From Hydrolagus colliei (lineage: Eukaryota), in NCBI GenBank assembly GCA_035084275.1, contig CM068756.1:8494001-8558000 (forward strand): DNA of 64,000 nucleotides, given 5' to 3'. This document shows positions 38,782 to 52,119 of the stretch, piece after piece. Position 1 is the stretch's first letter. The number at the start of each line of letters is the position of its first letter. The notes beneath the pieces were generated by a model. It was not told the DNA's origin. It was given only the letters and a program-made list of their open reading frames with translations, and made no database searches. Position numbers and translations under genes: made by a program.

Positions 38782-41700
38782 CTAAAGAGAGGGAAAGAGA
38801 ATGGAAACAATCAACATAGGCAAGCAGAAGATTTAGGGTTCAACTTGTATAAGAAAAGCCCCAAGGCAGATTCAATATTTTCTTGTACAATGGATTACAG
38901 ATGCAGCAATGTGCCTTCACTTAAACACTATTAAAACAGTTTAAAAGTTTTTTTAAAAAACTCATCTCCAACTCTAAAATCTGTACACATCAGGCATCAA
39001 TGCACACTTGTCTGTACAGAGACTTTGCACAGCTCAGTACAAAATCTCTTTATGATATAATGGCTGCTCTTCAGATGGCAAATTATCTATTGGACAAGCA
39101 AAATGAGCATGATCTCTTATCAGCCAGGATATAAGTAGGATTTAAGGGTTTATATCTGCTGCTTTAAATACCTTTTAAATGATGCCATTCAACCAAATCT
39201 CAGGCTATAAAAAGGTTTTGAATGTTCAAGTTGTATGACTAACTTTTCATTCTCGTGGTTAGCTTAATTATTATTATCTCTGCTCAACGGCACTTTGTAA
39301 ATTAACTCAACACATATCAGTGATTCCACTCAGGAATCTTACAGTCCAATATTGAATTGCAAGTGTAAATGTAAAATTCACTGTTTGGATGTTGTGGCAG
39401 ATTGACAGAGATAGCAGGTGACTGCTAAGGAGAATGGGTGATGGCTGTTGGGTGACCCATATTTTACCTGCACTGATTAGCAATGCTGATGTATGATTGC
39501 AGCTGCTCCTTATGTACTCAAATATAAGCTCTGTTGTCATGCCATACACTGCTGGGTCTGGTCACTTGAGTTCACAACTGCTGAAAGGTGCTTGTTATTC
39601 GCAAAGCACTGAAGCAAGAGATGATGCTACGGCATCAAAAAAAAATCCTTCCGACAATGCACATTCGGGGAGAGGGAAGGGGGGAATCTGTGCAAAGATT
39701 TGCCAGACTGAAAACAACAGATGGCAGACATTGGAAACAAAACATATTTACTCTCGAAATTCTGCGAGAAAATCATTTCTATAATTCTGGCTAAACTAGG
39801 TTGAACTAGTCAAGGTCAGAAAAAGGTCACATATATTTGCATGAAGTATTCCCTGTCCAGATTGCTCAGAATAATTGAGATAGCCGGACTGACGAACAGT
39901 GCAACTTTCGGTTTCCTACTGTTAAACAGACTGGAATTTTGTTCCAACTTTCATAAGCTCTTGCAACTCACACTCTTCTGTTTGGCCCTCCATTAGGTGG
40001 TAATGGTCTTATGTTCTTTATATAGAACAAGAGGATTGTCATACAATTCCAGTTCGATCAGCTGCTTTTTGTTTAGTCCTTACGGTATCATTGGGTAATT
40101 CTCATTTTGTTGTAAGTGCATCCCAGTTAATGAAATAGCTCATCAGCTGCTAAACATAGTCAACACTCAAATTGTTACTGATAATGAGAAAATAATAGCT
40201 GCATGAAAAGTAGTAATAACTCAGCCATTGGAAACAAAGAGAGAGAGCTTTGGGTGCATAAGGGAGCTGTCAGCTGCCATTATTTCTACACACCAAATAT
40301 GGTAATGTAACAGTCTGATAGTGTCTGGAACATACTATAAATATTAGTCCGGAATAACATCTATTAGTGTCACTTCTGATTAAAAAAAAACTGCTTGGCT
40401 TGTTTAAATCTGCATCTGACAAATGTTGCTGTGATTAAAATTTAATTGCTCTAAATTAGTAATGCAGACTCAAGGGTCATGTACCTTAGACATTCACGTA
40501 TGATAGCTGTAAAGCAACTATTCAGATGCATCTTGTTGATACAAGAATGGCAATTATTGTTTTCCAACAAATTAGCATAATACAATGACGGTGTGATGCC
40601 AGGTTTTTTGAAATGCTCTTGTGTATTAAAATGAACTAAAAGGTTGATTTAACCTGGTACTCAGAAACAAATGGCCCTGCAATCAGCATTCATCAGAAAA
40701 TAAACGTACTGTACAGCTTTTTATAGATTTCACATTGAAATTTGTGGCTGCTTTGTGGATAATGTATTTGGCTCTTTATATGAATTAAAGTAAAACATTA
40801 TTACTGTGGGGCGCATTAATAATCCTTTGCAATTATAGAAGCTAACTTACTTTCTGGGAATGTCATAAACTAGATTATAATCGACAGCGAGTTACCAGGA
40901 AATAATATGGGCAGCATATGCAATATAGTATCAGTAATGAGAATAAATACAACGGTGTATATAGATTGGGGTACATGGGTCTTTCAGACACCAGATATGT
41001 TTGGGAATGAGGCAAAGATGAATGTTGAAACTCTACAGCTCTTATAATTGGAGGCCTAAATAAAGAGCTATAGCCCATATATCATGGCTAAAAAATGACA
41101 AGTCATGAAGAAGGGATTGAAAAATAAGTTTGTGTTTTTAAAGTCGGCTGAGAGTATGAGGAAAGCAAGTACAAAGGCAGTAAGGCATTCCATGGAACTG
41201 TACTAAGATCGTGGAACAGAATGAGGTAGAGAAGGAGACCATCGCTGTGCTGGGATTCCAATGTTGAGGTTTGGGAAGAACAAGATAATAAAGTTTTGGA
41301 GGTGTCATAATTCAATTTGAGATTACAAAGAAGACAGCGATTCCTAGAATGTTGATAGATGGAAGATGATAAAAGCATAACTGATGATAGTTTCAAGGCA
41401 GTCTGTCTTTCAAGACTGAACTTCAAATCAATCCTTGTGAAGGAAATCTTACTCCAGCATCACTAGAGTACCCCGAAGTTAGATACAGTAATGGCAGTCA
41501 TTTCAACAGCATGATAAATCCCAATATCAAATGTAAGAATGATTAGTATAAATATAGCATGGGTAAGATACAAACTAATAATATTAATTGCATTTGATAG
41601 TTACTATTAAAAATAAAGCTCCTTCCAATTCTACACAAACAATATGCGTTAACCTCAAGGCTCAGGGGTGCAATACAAACTGCACGGGTGTGACTGTTTT

Positions 41701-42865
41701 CAGTTCTATCACTAAACACTGCAGTGGTATCTCAGTCAAGTTGCCAAGCTGTGTTGCATTCAAGGTAAAGTGTGCTGTGGGACCATCACCATTTAGCAAG
41801 TGAGATTATTCAAACATTTTGCAGTTAACAGTTAAAACTGCCAGAGCTCGAATCAAGATCATGTCTTAGAGGTGAAAGAATATTGTGTTTGCCCAGTGAG
41901 TCACCCAATGAGTTGGGGAGAGATGCATTAGGATCTAACCAGTCATCCATAAGACCCCTCTCCTGCAAAACAGCTGGTGAAGCTCCATGCAGTCAATTCC
42001 ACAGTTCAAAAAAAAGGTACCATTGAACTTGTACTTCAAGGAAACAATCCCTCACTTTATATTAAATGTCTACACTGATATAAATTCACAATGTAATAAT
42101 GTAATCCACTGAGAAGTAACCACCTCCTTCAACTCCGTATCCTCGGAAGTTTCAAAGCCATCCTTTCAACTTTGATTCTTTGGCTTCATATCCATCAGAC
42201 GTCCAGTTGTCAATAGATGATGTTGAGCGAACGGCCACCAAACCAATCCAAGATGTGCAAAGCTTCCCAGAAATGATGAGAAACTTAACTGTTTTAAGAG
42301 ACCTCTAAACGCAAATCAGCTGCAGCCCTCTCCAAACAAAGAAACCTTATCTTGCTTCCAGAACAGATAGTTTAGTAAACCCTCAACTCAATAACAAGGC
42401 ACCCTCACTTAATAATGGATATAGTGAAGTAATTAAGATACAATCTGTCATTGGAAGTGACCATAAATTCTAGTTACAAATATGTTTTTAAGCACCTTCC
42501 CAAAATATCAACACCCAGATTCCATGCACAAGCTTCTGTTTATTTTATAGGTCATTTTGAACACATACATCGATCGCATAATAGACTTTGTTATTTGGTA
42601 ACTGATGGCAATTACATGGTCGTTTTTTCTACCTTGTACAGTACCATTTACTGGTAAATCTGAAGCATAGGATCCTGGTAACCAATAGTACACAGATATA
42701 TTTTAGTTGTCAGAGCATTATTTTACATTTGATGAATGTTTTACTGAACCAGCCAGTGTCAGTGGTATAATATTGCACACATTTGATATGCCTAGCCAGA
42801 CTGATAAACTGAGACGTAGTCGATTGATGCTGCAAGAAAATAAGTGTTTCAATTTATTTTAAGCA

Positions 42866-43045
42866 TTATAATAATCCTTTCATTGACATAGCGCCTATTA
42901 TTACTTTGAGATGTCTCAAAGCGCTTCACAGAATATACTGTAAAGTGAATTTACTTTATATTTTGTGGGCGATAAAGCCTTTGTTAGGTAAGTGCAAACA
43001 GGCAAAATTACATTTATAGAGCTCCTTTCACGTCGGGAGGACGTG
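42866..43045 (-). mobile_element. SINE 3' fragment followed by an L2 tail remnant
   Basis: aataatcctttcattg...aagcgcttcacagaatatactgtaaagtgaat, then tttcacgtcgggaggacgt. Confidence 0.7.
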
Positions 43046-44722
43046 TAATGGTTCTCCAGCATATAATGGCTTCAAAATGTAACCTTCAGTGAGCTGACAT
43101 ACTTTCGGCATGACCGTATCATATCACTGAGCAAGATACCAAATGTACATTTCACCTGGAAATGGTGCCATGTTAGGAGGATTTAAATGTTGGCCAGTAA
43201 ATATTTTAAATACATGTACACCAATTGCTAACAGACCAAAATGAAAGAAATCCCACTAAACCTTTAGATGGAAATAATAAGTTTTATTCACACCACCAAT
43301 TTCAAAAAGGCTATAAGATGTCCTCTGCACTTTTTTGTTAAATTACACACTCATCCCCATGTAAAATTGTAAAGGTTTCTATTTACTGAATCCAAAATTT
43401 CATCAATTCAAAAATCCAGACAATATTTGATTGTTGGAGTGAGGTGGCCCAGCCTTGTGTACAAACCACTGTATTTCAAAGTAATTTCAACTAAATTGTT
43501 TTAAGATTTAAGGGTACTAATCTGAACACTTAAATTATAAAACTTTCCTTTCAAATCTGAGACAGGGATGTGTGGGAATAAAGCACCAAATGTCTCGCAT
43601 AATAAATGATCACAGCTGGAATTGGATGGTTTCTGAACAGCTGCTGAAAGACAAGCTTTGATAAGTGTTTAGTAATTCCAATGTACAAAAGCTATAGAAT
43701 TGAGAAGCATCATGTTGCTCTTTACAGATGGGATCTGGACATCGTAACGAAGATTTCTGGGATCTAAGCCAAACTAGGTCTTTTGTTTCCAGCAATTTGA
43801 GCTGTACTAGCAGTTACTAGCAATCTTAGTAATGAATCATAGCTTTTTGATTATTATAACAATGGATTGGTTATATCAGCGACTGAAGTATAAACCCTAG
43901 TGCTTACAGTGGTATCGCGATGCAATCTGGTGAAATTCATCCCAAGACTTTCATCTATTTCCAAGGGCAATATTCCACAGAGCAAATGTGTTTTAACTGT
44001 TTTCGTTAATCCTGAAAATTATTTTTCATCACAAAAATCATCTATATACTAAGTGAGCACAGCATTCTTTTTAAGCATAGACTTATTTTGCGTAAAATGC
44101 AAAACTGGTGACAATTGTTTGATGTAATCATCTCATTACATGTGATGTAAGCATCTCACCAGGATAGCAGCACTAGTTAAACTAGGTAGTACATCAAAGA
44201 TGTGGCTCTCTCTAACAAGAATTGTCAGTGCTAACGTGTTTTTAAACTGAAACCTCATGGTACCATTAAACACATGTAGTGTTCGCACTGAATGATCACG
44301 TACCTAATTCAACTGAGGTCCTCATTGAAGTACAGGGACAAATACTTTGCTTTTCTAGAATTCATTATTTGAGACCAATAGTAGTTACTATAAAAGCATA
44401 ATTCAGATCCAACTTTAAAATTATACTCATCATACATACAATCAAAACTGTTCAGCCAACCAGCTCAATTCAACAACCAATCCCTGATAACAACCACCAT
44501 GGAACAGCCTGAACGGAGTTTGCATAATGAACTACCTCTTCTCAACAATCATTCATCTAATGCAACCAGTGACCACTTTTTGTTAGTCCTTTATACCCCT
44601 GTGCTTTCGCACCAACATATTTTTATTTCTGTATTTAATAGATTTTCATTGACTGTGAATTGTTGAAATAAAACTGCAAATAGGGCCTTTACCAGTCATT
44701 TTATTTTTCTATTACTTTGCTG

Positions 44723-45607
44723 TAGGGTCCGGCGATATATCGATATATCGCTAAAACCCGATATAATTTTCGGATCGATATGTCGATATAGGCATTTCAA
44801 AAATATAGATATCGAAAAGTCGATATATCGAGGTAAAAAATCGGAATGCACGCACACTGAACTACAAGACCCAGAATGCTCATCTCTATACACAATGCAC
44901 AGACCGAGGTGCAAAGCTGCCATATTGTATTCATAGTCCTCGAATACAATATACAGGTATGCAAGGGGTGGGGGGGGGGAGAGACGGCTTTGTGGGGGGG
45001 TGGGGTGAGGGGGAGAGAGACAGCTGGGGGGGGGGAGGGGGAGAGAGACGGCTGGGGGGGGTGGGGAGGGGGAGTGAGACGGCTGTAGGGGTGGGGAGGG
45101 GGAGAGAGACGGCTGGGGGGGTGGAGGGGGAGAGAGACGGCTGGGTGGGAGGGGGAGAGAGACGGCTGGGGGGTGGGGGGAGAGGGGGAGAGAGACGACT
45201 GGGGGGGGGAAGAAAGATGGCTGGGGGGGAGGGGGAGAGAGACGGCTGGTGGGGGAGGGGGAGCGAGACGACAGGGGTGGGTGGGGTGGGAGAGAGGGAC
45301 GGCGGTGGGGGGAGAGACGGGGTGGATGTGATAATATACAGATAGATAGAGATGGGGGGTATGTGGGAGAGGAGAAGGACAGAGACACAGACAGAAAAAC
45401 ACAGAGATGGAGAGAGTCAGAGACACAGAAAGAGAAAGATATTTACCTCCTGAGGAGATAGGCCCGAAATGCACGAGCACCCGGAATGTGCGTGCACGCG
45501 CGCGCGCATGCGCAGTACGGAAAACCCGAAAATATCGATATTTCGGTATCTCGATATGAGCCCATCGATATATCTAAATTGGAAAATTTCCATATCGACG
45601 GACCCTA
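44723..45607 (-). mobile_element. Non-autonomous hAT DNA transposon, copy 2, 885 bp, inverted relative to copy 1, in TOX3 intron 2
   Basis: TIRs TAGGGTCCGGCGATAT...ATATCGACGGACCCTA; 8-bp TSD ctttgctg (44715-44722) / ctttgcta (45608-45615); colinear with the reverse complement of copy 1. Confidence 0.92.
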
Positions 45608-46043
45608 CTTTGCTACAAGTTTAGCATTCCAGTCACAGTATTTTTCAAGCTCAGTGTCATGAGGTTTCACTCGAAAAATAACTATTTTAAATGCAAGGAA
45701 AAGGATGAACTGAATAGCTCATTTAGACTCTGTGTGACTTCTGTATTGGGCAAACCATTTCTAATAAACAATATATTATTTACTGAAGGTCAAATTGATT
45801 CTTAGCATGGATGGTATTTAATGCATACTGACATTAGCATTTAGTTAAATACTGCAAAAAAATATCAATTACAACAGTGTGACATGATTTTTTTTAATAC
45901 ACTATTTTGGCTGAAGGCAAAATTGCTGAATGGTAAAAATTATATTGCCGTGCAAGTCAATACAAAGGACAACACTAAACTAATTATACACAGTAATTTT
46001 ATCCATCTGCATTGTAGACAATAATTATGCGTAAGATTATATT

Positions 46044-46235
46044 GAGGAGAAATGCCACCTGGGTCTAGATGTACTCTATTATGGAATAATGTAAAGCAAC
46101 CATCCTTTGGTGAATTCTTCAATATTCTTTCTTTTGAAGCCTTTTTTTCTTCTATGAATGACAGAAAACCAGCTTAAAATGGACACTCACATGTGCTACA
46201 TAGAGTACATCTAGACTCAAATGGAATTTCTCTCC
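46044..46235. mobile_element. About 190-bp MITE-like element with about 36-bp imperfect inverted ends
   Basis: Perfect 17-bp inverted core 46063-46079 / 46200-46216; related end sequences near 51388 and 58817. Confidence 0.6.
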
Positions 46236-46310
46236 ATGTTTTGTTTAACTTACTGGATGAAAAGACAATGCACATTAATAAACAGCTGAAAAGATCAGTA
46301 ATGTACTTGC

Positions 46311-46376
46311 CTCAGTGCTGGTCAAAAAAGCGTGGCTTGGGTCTGTCATGTTCATGTAGTTATTGTTGCCTGCAAA
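46311..46376 (-). CDS. TOX3: TOX3 coding exon 2 (66 nt, FAGNNNYMNMTDPSHAFLTSTE)
   Basis: Manual translation resembles human TOX3 exon 2 (FGNNNNYMNMAEANNAFFAASE). Acceptor ccag after a pyrimidine tract; donor GAG|gcaagt (GC type); phase 0/0. Confidence 0.9.
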
Positions 46377-49300
46377 CTGGGGGAGGGGAGAGAAAAGAAA
46401 AGCACATGATGTTTTATAATTCCTTGCACGAATTCAAATGTGAAGATTAGAATGTGACAATGAGATAAACGGCTTCTTGGAATAAATCAATGATTGTCCA
46501 TTGCAGTCCAGGAGTGTTGGGTTCAGTTTGGAAAATATCAGAAAATATATAGAGGTACATAAAGTGCAATTGAAAAAGTAAAACCAGAACAATACTTTAG
46601 GATGCACCAAAGAGGTAGATTAAGGGGACATGAGTTTAGAGTTGCAAAGGGAAATTTCAGGTTGGGAGAGGGAATTACGAAGGGTGGAGGCTCTTATGGA
46701 GTATATAGACCACATGGACTCGTCAGGCCCAATTGCCCTTCCCATGGTGTAACTGTCCCGTGCACACAAAACAGTTCCTTAAATGAGTCTAATATCCTGG
46801 TTTCAACCACCTTACTCAGAAACCACTCCAGCTTTATTGGAAAAGAAATACTTCCTGGTCAGGTTGTAAATTAGCCCGTTAGAACCATTTGCCTCTTTTC
46901 CTGCTGCTCTGGCACACAGCACATCTCACAGCCCATTTAATTCCACTCTATTCACTCTCAGAATCATTGTGCAAAATTAAATGAGCCGCATGAATTAGAT
47001 AAATTAACTTTTAGCTTTACTGTAATAAAGTAGCACAATCCATTGCAATCGTAATAAAATACAGGACTGTGAACCAAGAGTTGGGGCCATTGACTTTAAA
47101 CAAAAGCGGGTGAAAATAACAGTTCTGCAGCATTTGAAAGTAATGTTCTGAATGTATTTTTTCTAAACCATTGACTATCTTATCAAGTCTTTTCTGAGAT
47201 GCCGTCTGTGACAGTGAAGAGCCTGCATTTATCTAGTTGTTACGTATTGTTCAACCCTCTAATATTAGGAATCAACCTTGTTGCACTGTCTGTCCTCTCC
47301 CTGCAGTATCAATGGCTCCCTTATGTTGTAGCAACCAGAAGTGTACACATTGCTGTAACTGTGGTCTGGCCAGGCACCACATAGGGATTTCTGCTCATCC
47401 ATCTCTAATTGTGATGTCTATATTGCAAAGTAACAGCGACATACTGCACAGCACTTTGGGTAATAACTGGACTTGTGGCAGTGAATACTCAATAACAATT
47501 ATACTGAAGTGGTCTTTGGCATTAAAATTGGTTCCTGTTTATGACAATTTTAGTTTCATGAGTGTAAAATAAATTAAGCTGCTACTAATAATGTACCATA
47601 AAATTTGGTGCTTAAATTACAACCTTGGACAGTTTTTTTTAATGATACCTGAATGTGGGGTATGGCTTACACATACACGTGTGAGGATATGAGTGACAGC
47701 ACAACCATGGGTATACAAGTCACTGGTGTAAACTCCAAATTTCTTTTTTACAACAGTCTTTCTTATAACAGCATAACTGTTAAAGCTGTTGGTGGGTGTA
47801 AACCTACATATGAACTGGAACAAAGTAACTTCAGGACTGCATTCATGAATATCTGTGTAGTGTAATGCAATACACATATTATTGTTCAAAAACAATGAGG
47901 AATACAATGCACCTATATATTTCCAATTGAAGACTGAGGGGAGATGCAACCTTTAACATACTCTGTAACAATTCAACACAAAACTCCCTAATGGCCTGGA
48001 GAGGCTAAAGACTCTGCCTTTTGTAACTGTAAGGCATACAAATGGAAAGGTTATCAGTTCCATTCCCAGTCCGTGCTGCACTTATTGTTCTCATTTGGCT
48101 CAGCGCTTTAAAGCAATTTATAGAAAATTAATGAATTAATTCTGCAATGTAGAATTGGGAAATGCTAAGCTAACGGTTATACAACATCAAGAATTAGCAC
48201 CTCACTTTTATTTATTTTATGATGCTGTATTGCTCAGAGGGTTTTAAAATAATAGCAAAAAGGTAAACTGTAGCAAGGTGCATCTTTAACACTGAATAGC
48301 AATATGTTGTGGAAAAATTGGTGATTCGGTACCAAAGCCTATCTCACATACTATGATTTATAATCTGGTAACTAGGAGCTTTGATTCTTTGCATTCAACT
48401 GTTAAGCTTGAAAACCAAAGCCTTGACAGTTGGGAAGGGTGCTCCTAGCTAGAAAAGAAACATTGAGAAGAAACATTTACCATTGCTTTGCAATGTTAAG
48501 ACAGCATGGTTTTAAATGGTTAAAATGCAACAAAACCCCCAATGCATATTCTGGAAAACCCAAGCTTTGGCTCTTGCCAATCTATGCCTAAACTCTCCAG
48601 GTCTAGGTAAGCACTGTTCAAAACTAGCGAGAGAGAACACCATACAAGTTAACTTGGGGGAATTTTAAAACATGCTGATGGTTTCTGTATATGTTATACA
48701 CTCAAACAAAATCAGACCGGCCAAAACACTAAAAAAGCTACTTTTCATCAAGCAGAAAATAGTACTGCCCGTGAAGAAAGTAATCTTATTTTAAATGAAT
48801 TTGCATTTATATTGTGTAAGGAGACTGCTATCCAAAGCAATACTCTACTTCAGTCTGACAAACAATCAAGGATTCAAATCATGTTTAAAAGTGAAGAGCA
48901 ACTCCACAAAGATGTGGGACAACAGAACTGTAACCAATCACTGGTTACAGAAAGCCCGAGGATAAATTTAGTAAACACTATATTTTACTCCCATTATCTA
49001 CAGCCCCAAAACATGCATATAAATATCTCACAGCTGATTCAAACCGGAATCCAATGCCATGAATAAAAAAGTTTGACAAACCATACACAGCAATTGGCTC
49101 ACTCTAGGTATTATGTTCGGTGTGTGAGCTCAGCAACATGGTTTGAAAGCTGATGTCCTGAATTGAACACAGTCTCTCCATATATACAATTGTCTGAGAG
49201 GCCTAATTCTGGAAACAGATCATATATGGTTCTGATTATTTCCCCCAAGCTATCGTAGATGTTACCCAACTTGAAAGGCGCTTATTTGAATGCAAGTAAT

Positions 49301-49734
49301 TATTGTTATTATCAAGGTATTTAAGTGTGTAGCACTTTCACTGACTTAACTTCATAGATCAAATCATTACTTATATATTCAAAGCTACAAACACATGTAA
49401 AGCATTGCCTATGCGACTGGATTTCTATTCATGTTTATTTGAATACTTAACGTTGAACAATAAAAGTTAAGGCACTTTTATTTTATATTCGTAAATTATT
49501 ATATTACCTGTGAAAGTGTGATGTTGCTTGTAAAATTTAGCACTGAGATAAGAATTAAATTAAATTCCATTTTATTGAAAGCAATTTGTCAGATGGTATC
49601 TATGTCTTATATCTGGCCAGAGCATCAAATCATGATCCCTTTCTTCACTTCTGCCAAGTTGCAGCCACTTACCATCAAATAATGGCTTTTTCTTCAGTAA
49701 ATAACATTTACTATGAAATATATTCTCCTTCAAA

Positions 49735-49830
49735 TTACAGTCACTATATTTTACAGTGAATCCTGTGAAACGCTTTGAGATGTCCTCCTGACATGAAAGT
49801 CGCTGTATCAAATGCAAGGATTATTATTTA
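49735..49830 (+). mobile_element. SINE 3' fragment
   Basis: cgctttgagatgtcc...gtatcaaatgcaaggattattatt. Confidence 0.7.
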
Positions 49831-50569
49831 TTATTTAACATAATAAAGGTACTTTCCGACAGCACAAAAAACAATTTGTCGGTGGAAATGTAGCCACAGT
49901 GATTTGAAGAACGAGTTGAAAACCTCTGCTGTGCAGTTAGTATGTGAATGTAATTAGGAGAGAAACTACAGCTAATCAGCTGTGAATGGTATCCATTAAT
50001 TACAATATCCCCTCGAGAAATAAGAAAGTCGGGAACAATGTTAACATCGCCGTGCGCTGACGAGAGTTAGAAGCTATTTGGTAAAACAGGTGGCTTGATT
50101 TCTGCGTAGAATGTGAGGAAAACCTTCACCTGAAACACCAGGCCCGCCTTGAACAATCAGTCATTGTCTAAAGCAGAAAAGCCAGTGAAGCTATAACAAC
50201 TCAGAATGCCCTCTGACCTCAAAAGCAATCCCAGAGAACACCCACATTTCTGGAATTACAGTTTAACCCATCAGTTTATGGGTGATGGGAAAATATACTC
50301 CCAACAGGCATAATTACAGACCAGCGCTAATTTATTTTTGAAAGCAGAAATCAGACTTCTAAATTATAATGTTTCCACAGGAGAAAATACAGTTGGTTGG
50401 ATTGTGATCGAATGACTGGCGAATAATTGCTGGGCCTGGCGAGGACAAAGGCTGATGGGGACATCAATTAGGAACGAACAGCCAGTTATTTTTTATAATA
50501 ATTTTTTCATCATGTTCGCAGTCTGCCTGATTGAATGAAATGCCAAATTAAATTAACAGAGATTGCTAA

Positions 50570-51310
50570 GCCTGGTGTACTGGTGGGGAATCGTGCAGAA
50601 ACTGGGTCAATGCAGACAATACACTGTCTGTAATTAAAAGGTGAGAAACCCGGCCAGTTCTACTTCAGCTCGATTAGTCCAAACAAAGCAATGTGCACCA
50701 AAAAGCTTTTGGCGATGGCAGGCAGTCCACATCATTGGACTTATCCAGAAACAAAAGCTCAGTCCATCAGGTGTACTGTTGAGACTTAATACAATAATGA
50801 ATGTCAAATGTTGCCTTGTTTTAGAGCTGTACACTAAATCCAGTGGTACAACACAATGTAAATGCCTATCTACAATTGATCAACTCGCTGGAAACATAAA
50901 ATGGGATTACACAAAAGCTTCAGCTCAGCAGGTTGGTTTAACACACATATGGCACATTGCGATTTACATTATCGAACACCAGCAAATCCTTTGTGTTCCA
51001 CGGTTACACGTGAAGAAGGAATCGCAGATAATTCAAACACTTCCACTATGTGGAAAATTTGGGCGGCTTACTTTTGGAGTTAAGAATATTTTACATATTA
51101 TGTTGAATAAACAGACTAACGTTATGAAGAATGTATCCATCCTTTATTTCTCAAGTAATGTTTCCGCCTTAGGGATGTTACAACATGCATTAGAGATATT
51201 GTTAGTAACCTGCTCTTTGTCTCCACTGATACCATCACTATTCACCACGTACTGGGAGTTCAAGCACACCTGGATGGATGGAATCTCCTATATTTTCAGC
51301 CATTCTTGTG
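50570..51310 (+). pseudogene. Probable fossil pogo/Tigger-like (DDE_1) transposase
   Basis: Colinear degenerate motifs across frames: FGDGR..W, TKASA, LCGKFGRLTFGVKNI, KNVSIL..NVSALG, GWMESPIF; judged by eye only. Confidence 0.4.
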
Positions 51311-52119
51311 GGAACCATCTAAATCCACTCGCTATATCTCCCAGGAGCTCAGCTGAGATGGTGAACCTGCTAAGGTGAGATATTACTAGGGAGAAATTCC
51401 ACCTGGATCTAGAGCTACCCTACTTATGTAACGCCTCAGAGTCTCTGAAATTTGGCAGATAGTTAAAATCAGTCTCAACTATAAAGCTTAAAAGTATTTC
51501 TTAAAAGAAATGTACAGAAAATGGGCTTCAAAATGAAGACTATATTTTAAATATGGTCTATCGCACATTTAACGACATCCTTTTTTTTTGCAGTCCTCAT
51601 TTCTAAACAATGTGTTCAATAAATGTTTTGTCTGGGTCATATGTCAGTGGGTATCAATTTACTAGAACGATTGAAAGGCATTCTGGGAGGCTGATAGCCG
51701 GTTTGTAGACTATTTTTCAAACAGTTCACCTCGAGGACATGTGTAAACTTATCACGTAGTGCAACATTCAACCGCCATTAGTGCTTGGCCTCATCATCTT
51801 CCAAAGATCTGGAATCTGGTGCACCAATACTGTCCTCTGTGATACATTACGATATGTTGCTCTACCCCAACAGACCTCCACCTGTTGAGTCATTGCTTTG
51901 GGACACTTCTGAGTTTTGTGATGAAATTCTGGAAATAAAGGAGAATGATCTAGAACTACTGCGAGAATTTAATGATAATAATAACCCTTGCAATTTGAGG
52001 TAGCATCTTCTCACATCCTCAAAATGTCTTAACGACGTGAAAGGCTCTATACAAATGTAATCCTGTTCTTGTTGTTTCAGCATTTCACAGGATTTTACCC
52101 TAAATTGACAGTGTATTTG

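Noticed and set aside
15240-46376. Calling the gene TOX4 because of its C-terminus
   Set aside because: Exons 2-7, the [10 protein letters not shown] linker, the polyQ region and the long introns all fit TOX3; phylogeny should confirm.
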